Shown piece after piece: positions 62,489 to 64,000 of a stretch of DNA of 64,000 bases. The stretch lies in the NCBI RefSeq assembly GCF_006345805.1, contig NC_042997.1, forward strand, positions 66,154,001 to 66,218,000, in the 5' to 3' direction. A program made the position numbers and the translations under genes. The notes under the pieces were generated by a model, which did no database searches, was not told where the DNA came from, and saw only the letters and a list, made by a program, of their open reading frames with translations. This DNA comes from Octopus sinensis (Eukaryota). Positions within the stretch are counted from its first letter, which is position 1, and every line of letters starts with the position of its first letter.

Positions 62489-64000
62489 CTCTAAGATAAT
62501 AATTGATATATAGAACAAGGCCCCCAAATTTGTTGGGAGAGGAGGCAGTTGATTAAATTGATTTCCTGGACTTGTATTTATTTATTGAAGGTAAAGTTGA
62601 CTGCAGCAAGATTTGAGCTTGGAATGTAAAAAGGAAGAACAAATACTGCAAGGCACTTTTTCTGATGTTCTAATTCTGCCCCATAGCCAAAAGACCCCAA
62701 AATGAAGGAAACTGTCCAGAGATGAAACAGAAATAGAAAATACAAAAAGACATGCAGTGGGGATTTACAGTATGTTAAGAGGGTGAGATCAGCCAAATAA
62801 TAACGACATATTAGTAATTAGATAATAAATAGCAATAGCAATGTAGGCTGACACAATAGAGACAAGAAAGACACCCTAAAATAGGAGAAAGACAACTAGA
62901 TGGGTGAACAGCCATGCACATCCACAGATTACCCTAATATTAATAATAATAACACATTTTAATTTAGAAATGTAAATATTCTATTTCAGAATGAAAAGAA
63001 CTGGAATGAATGCATTTTGTTCGATGCTCTGACAATTCTGCCAATACACTGCCTCAAATAATGACTTCCAATTTAGGTACAAGGCTAGCAGTTTTAGAGG
63101 GAAAGGGGTTAGCCAATAATAATCAACTACCGTACTTGGCTGGTAGTCTTATTTTGGTTAGTCTAAGGCTATAGTAAAAGGCACTTGTCTAATCTGCCAC
63201 ACCGTGGGAATGAACCCAGAACCATGTGGTTGGGAATCAAACAACTTAATAGATGATGATGATGATGAATACTTGGCTGGTAGCTTATTTTATTGAAAAA
63301 GAAAATATACACGAAGGCAGGCATGGATATGTGGTTAAGAAGTGTGCTTCCCAACCACATGATTCTGGGTTCAATCTCACTGTGTGACAAATTGGGGCAA
63401 GTGTCTTCTACGATGGCCTCAAGCCAACCAAAACAGCATGTAGATTTGTTAGTTATATGGAAACTCAAAAAAGCCCATCATGTGTGTGTGTGTATAGAAA
63501 CACGTGAGGGTTGGTGATGGGGAGAGCATCCAGCCACAGAAAATCTGCCTCAGTAAGAAATTTTGTTGGGTCATGCAAATACAGAAAAGTGGATGTCTAA
63601 AATGATGAAGTGGATGTTGAAGGGAAGTTTCAAAATGTCAAAGAACAGAACACCAAGCTACAAGACAACTTTATAATTCCTGCAACATTCAGGAGAATAG
63701 TGAGAGGGGGACAGAAAGGAAAGGAGGAGAAAGAGGAGAGAAGAAAGAAAGGAGAAGATAGAAACAACAAAAAGAAAAAAATTGGAAAGAAGGAAAAATT
63801 AAGAAAAAGTGAAAAAGAAAGAGAAAGAATATAGATGACAGATAGCATTTTCTAGCACGATGAAGATGTATCATATATTTGGCATAGAAAATATGGACCC
63901 AACATGAAATAATAAAATGGTTTCACTCGCTACACACACACACACAAGCAATAAGAGTGTAATTTACAAAAATATTCTGGAAAATTCAGCTGAATCTGTG

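Noticed and set aside
63610-63874. K/E/R-rich ORFs near the window end
   Set aside because: They are purine-rich low-complexity sequence with no domain or splice evidence.

Overview
AT-rich, CpG-depleted, microsatellite-dense eukaryotic DNA. The repeat complement (several tRNA-head and LINE-tail SINE families, RTE/R4/CR1/Penelope retroelements, Tc1/mariner elements, piggyBac and hAT MITEs) looks like a coleoid cephalopod, probably Octopus; this is inference from repeat style, not a database match. The window appears mostly intronic. Only one coding exon is well supported: a minus-strand 107-nt exon at 17334-17440 encoding a UBA domain between canonical splice sites. No CRISPR array, rRNA, true tRNA gene or prokaryote-type system is visible. 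Most listed ORFs are microsatellite translations or decayed transposon frames. The most unusual structures are foldback/palindromic elements (2549-3129 with an internal RTE fragment, 16373-16538, 49720-50247, 50255-50378), a 188-bp tandem repeat built from a retroposon segment, insertions nested in SINE microsatellites, and adjacent inverted SINE pairs. I found no clear novel biological system. Repeat boundaries are approximate and were read by eye.
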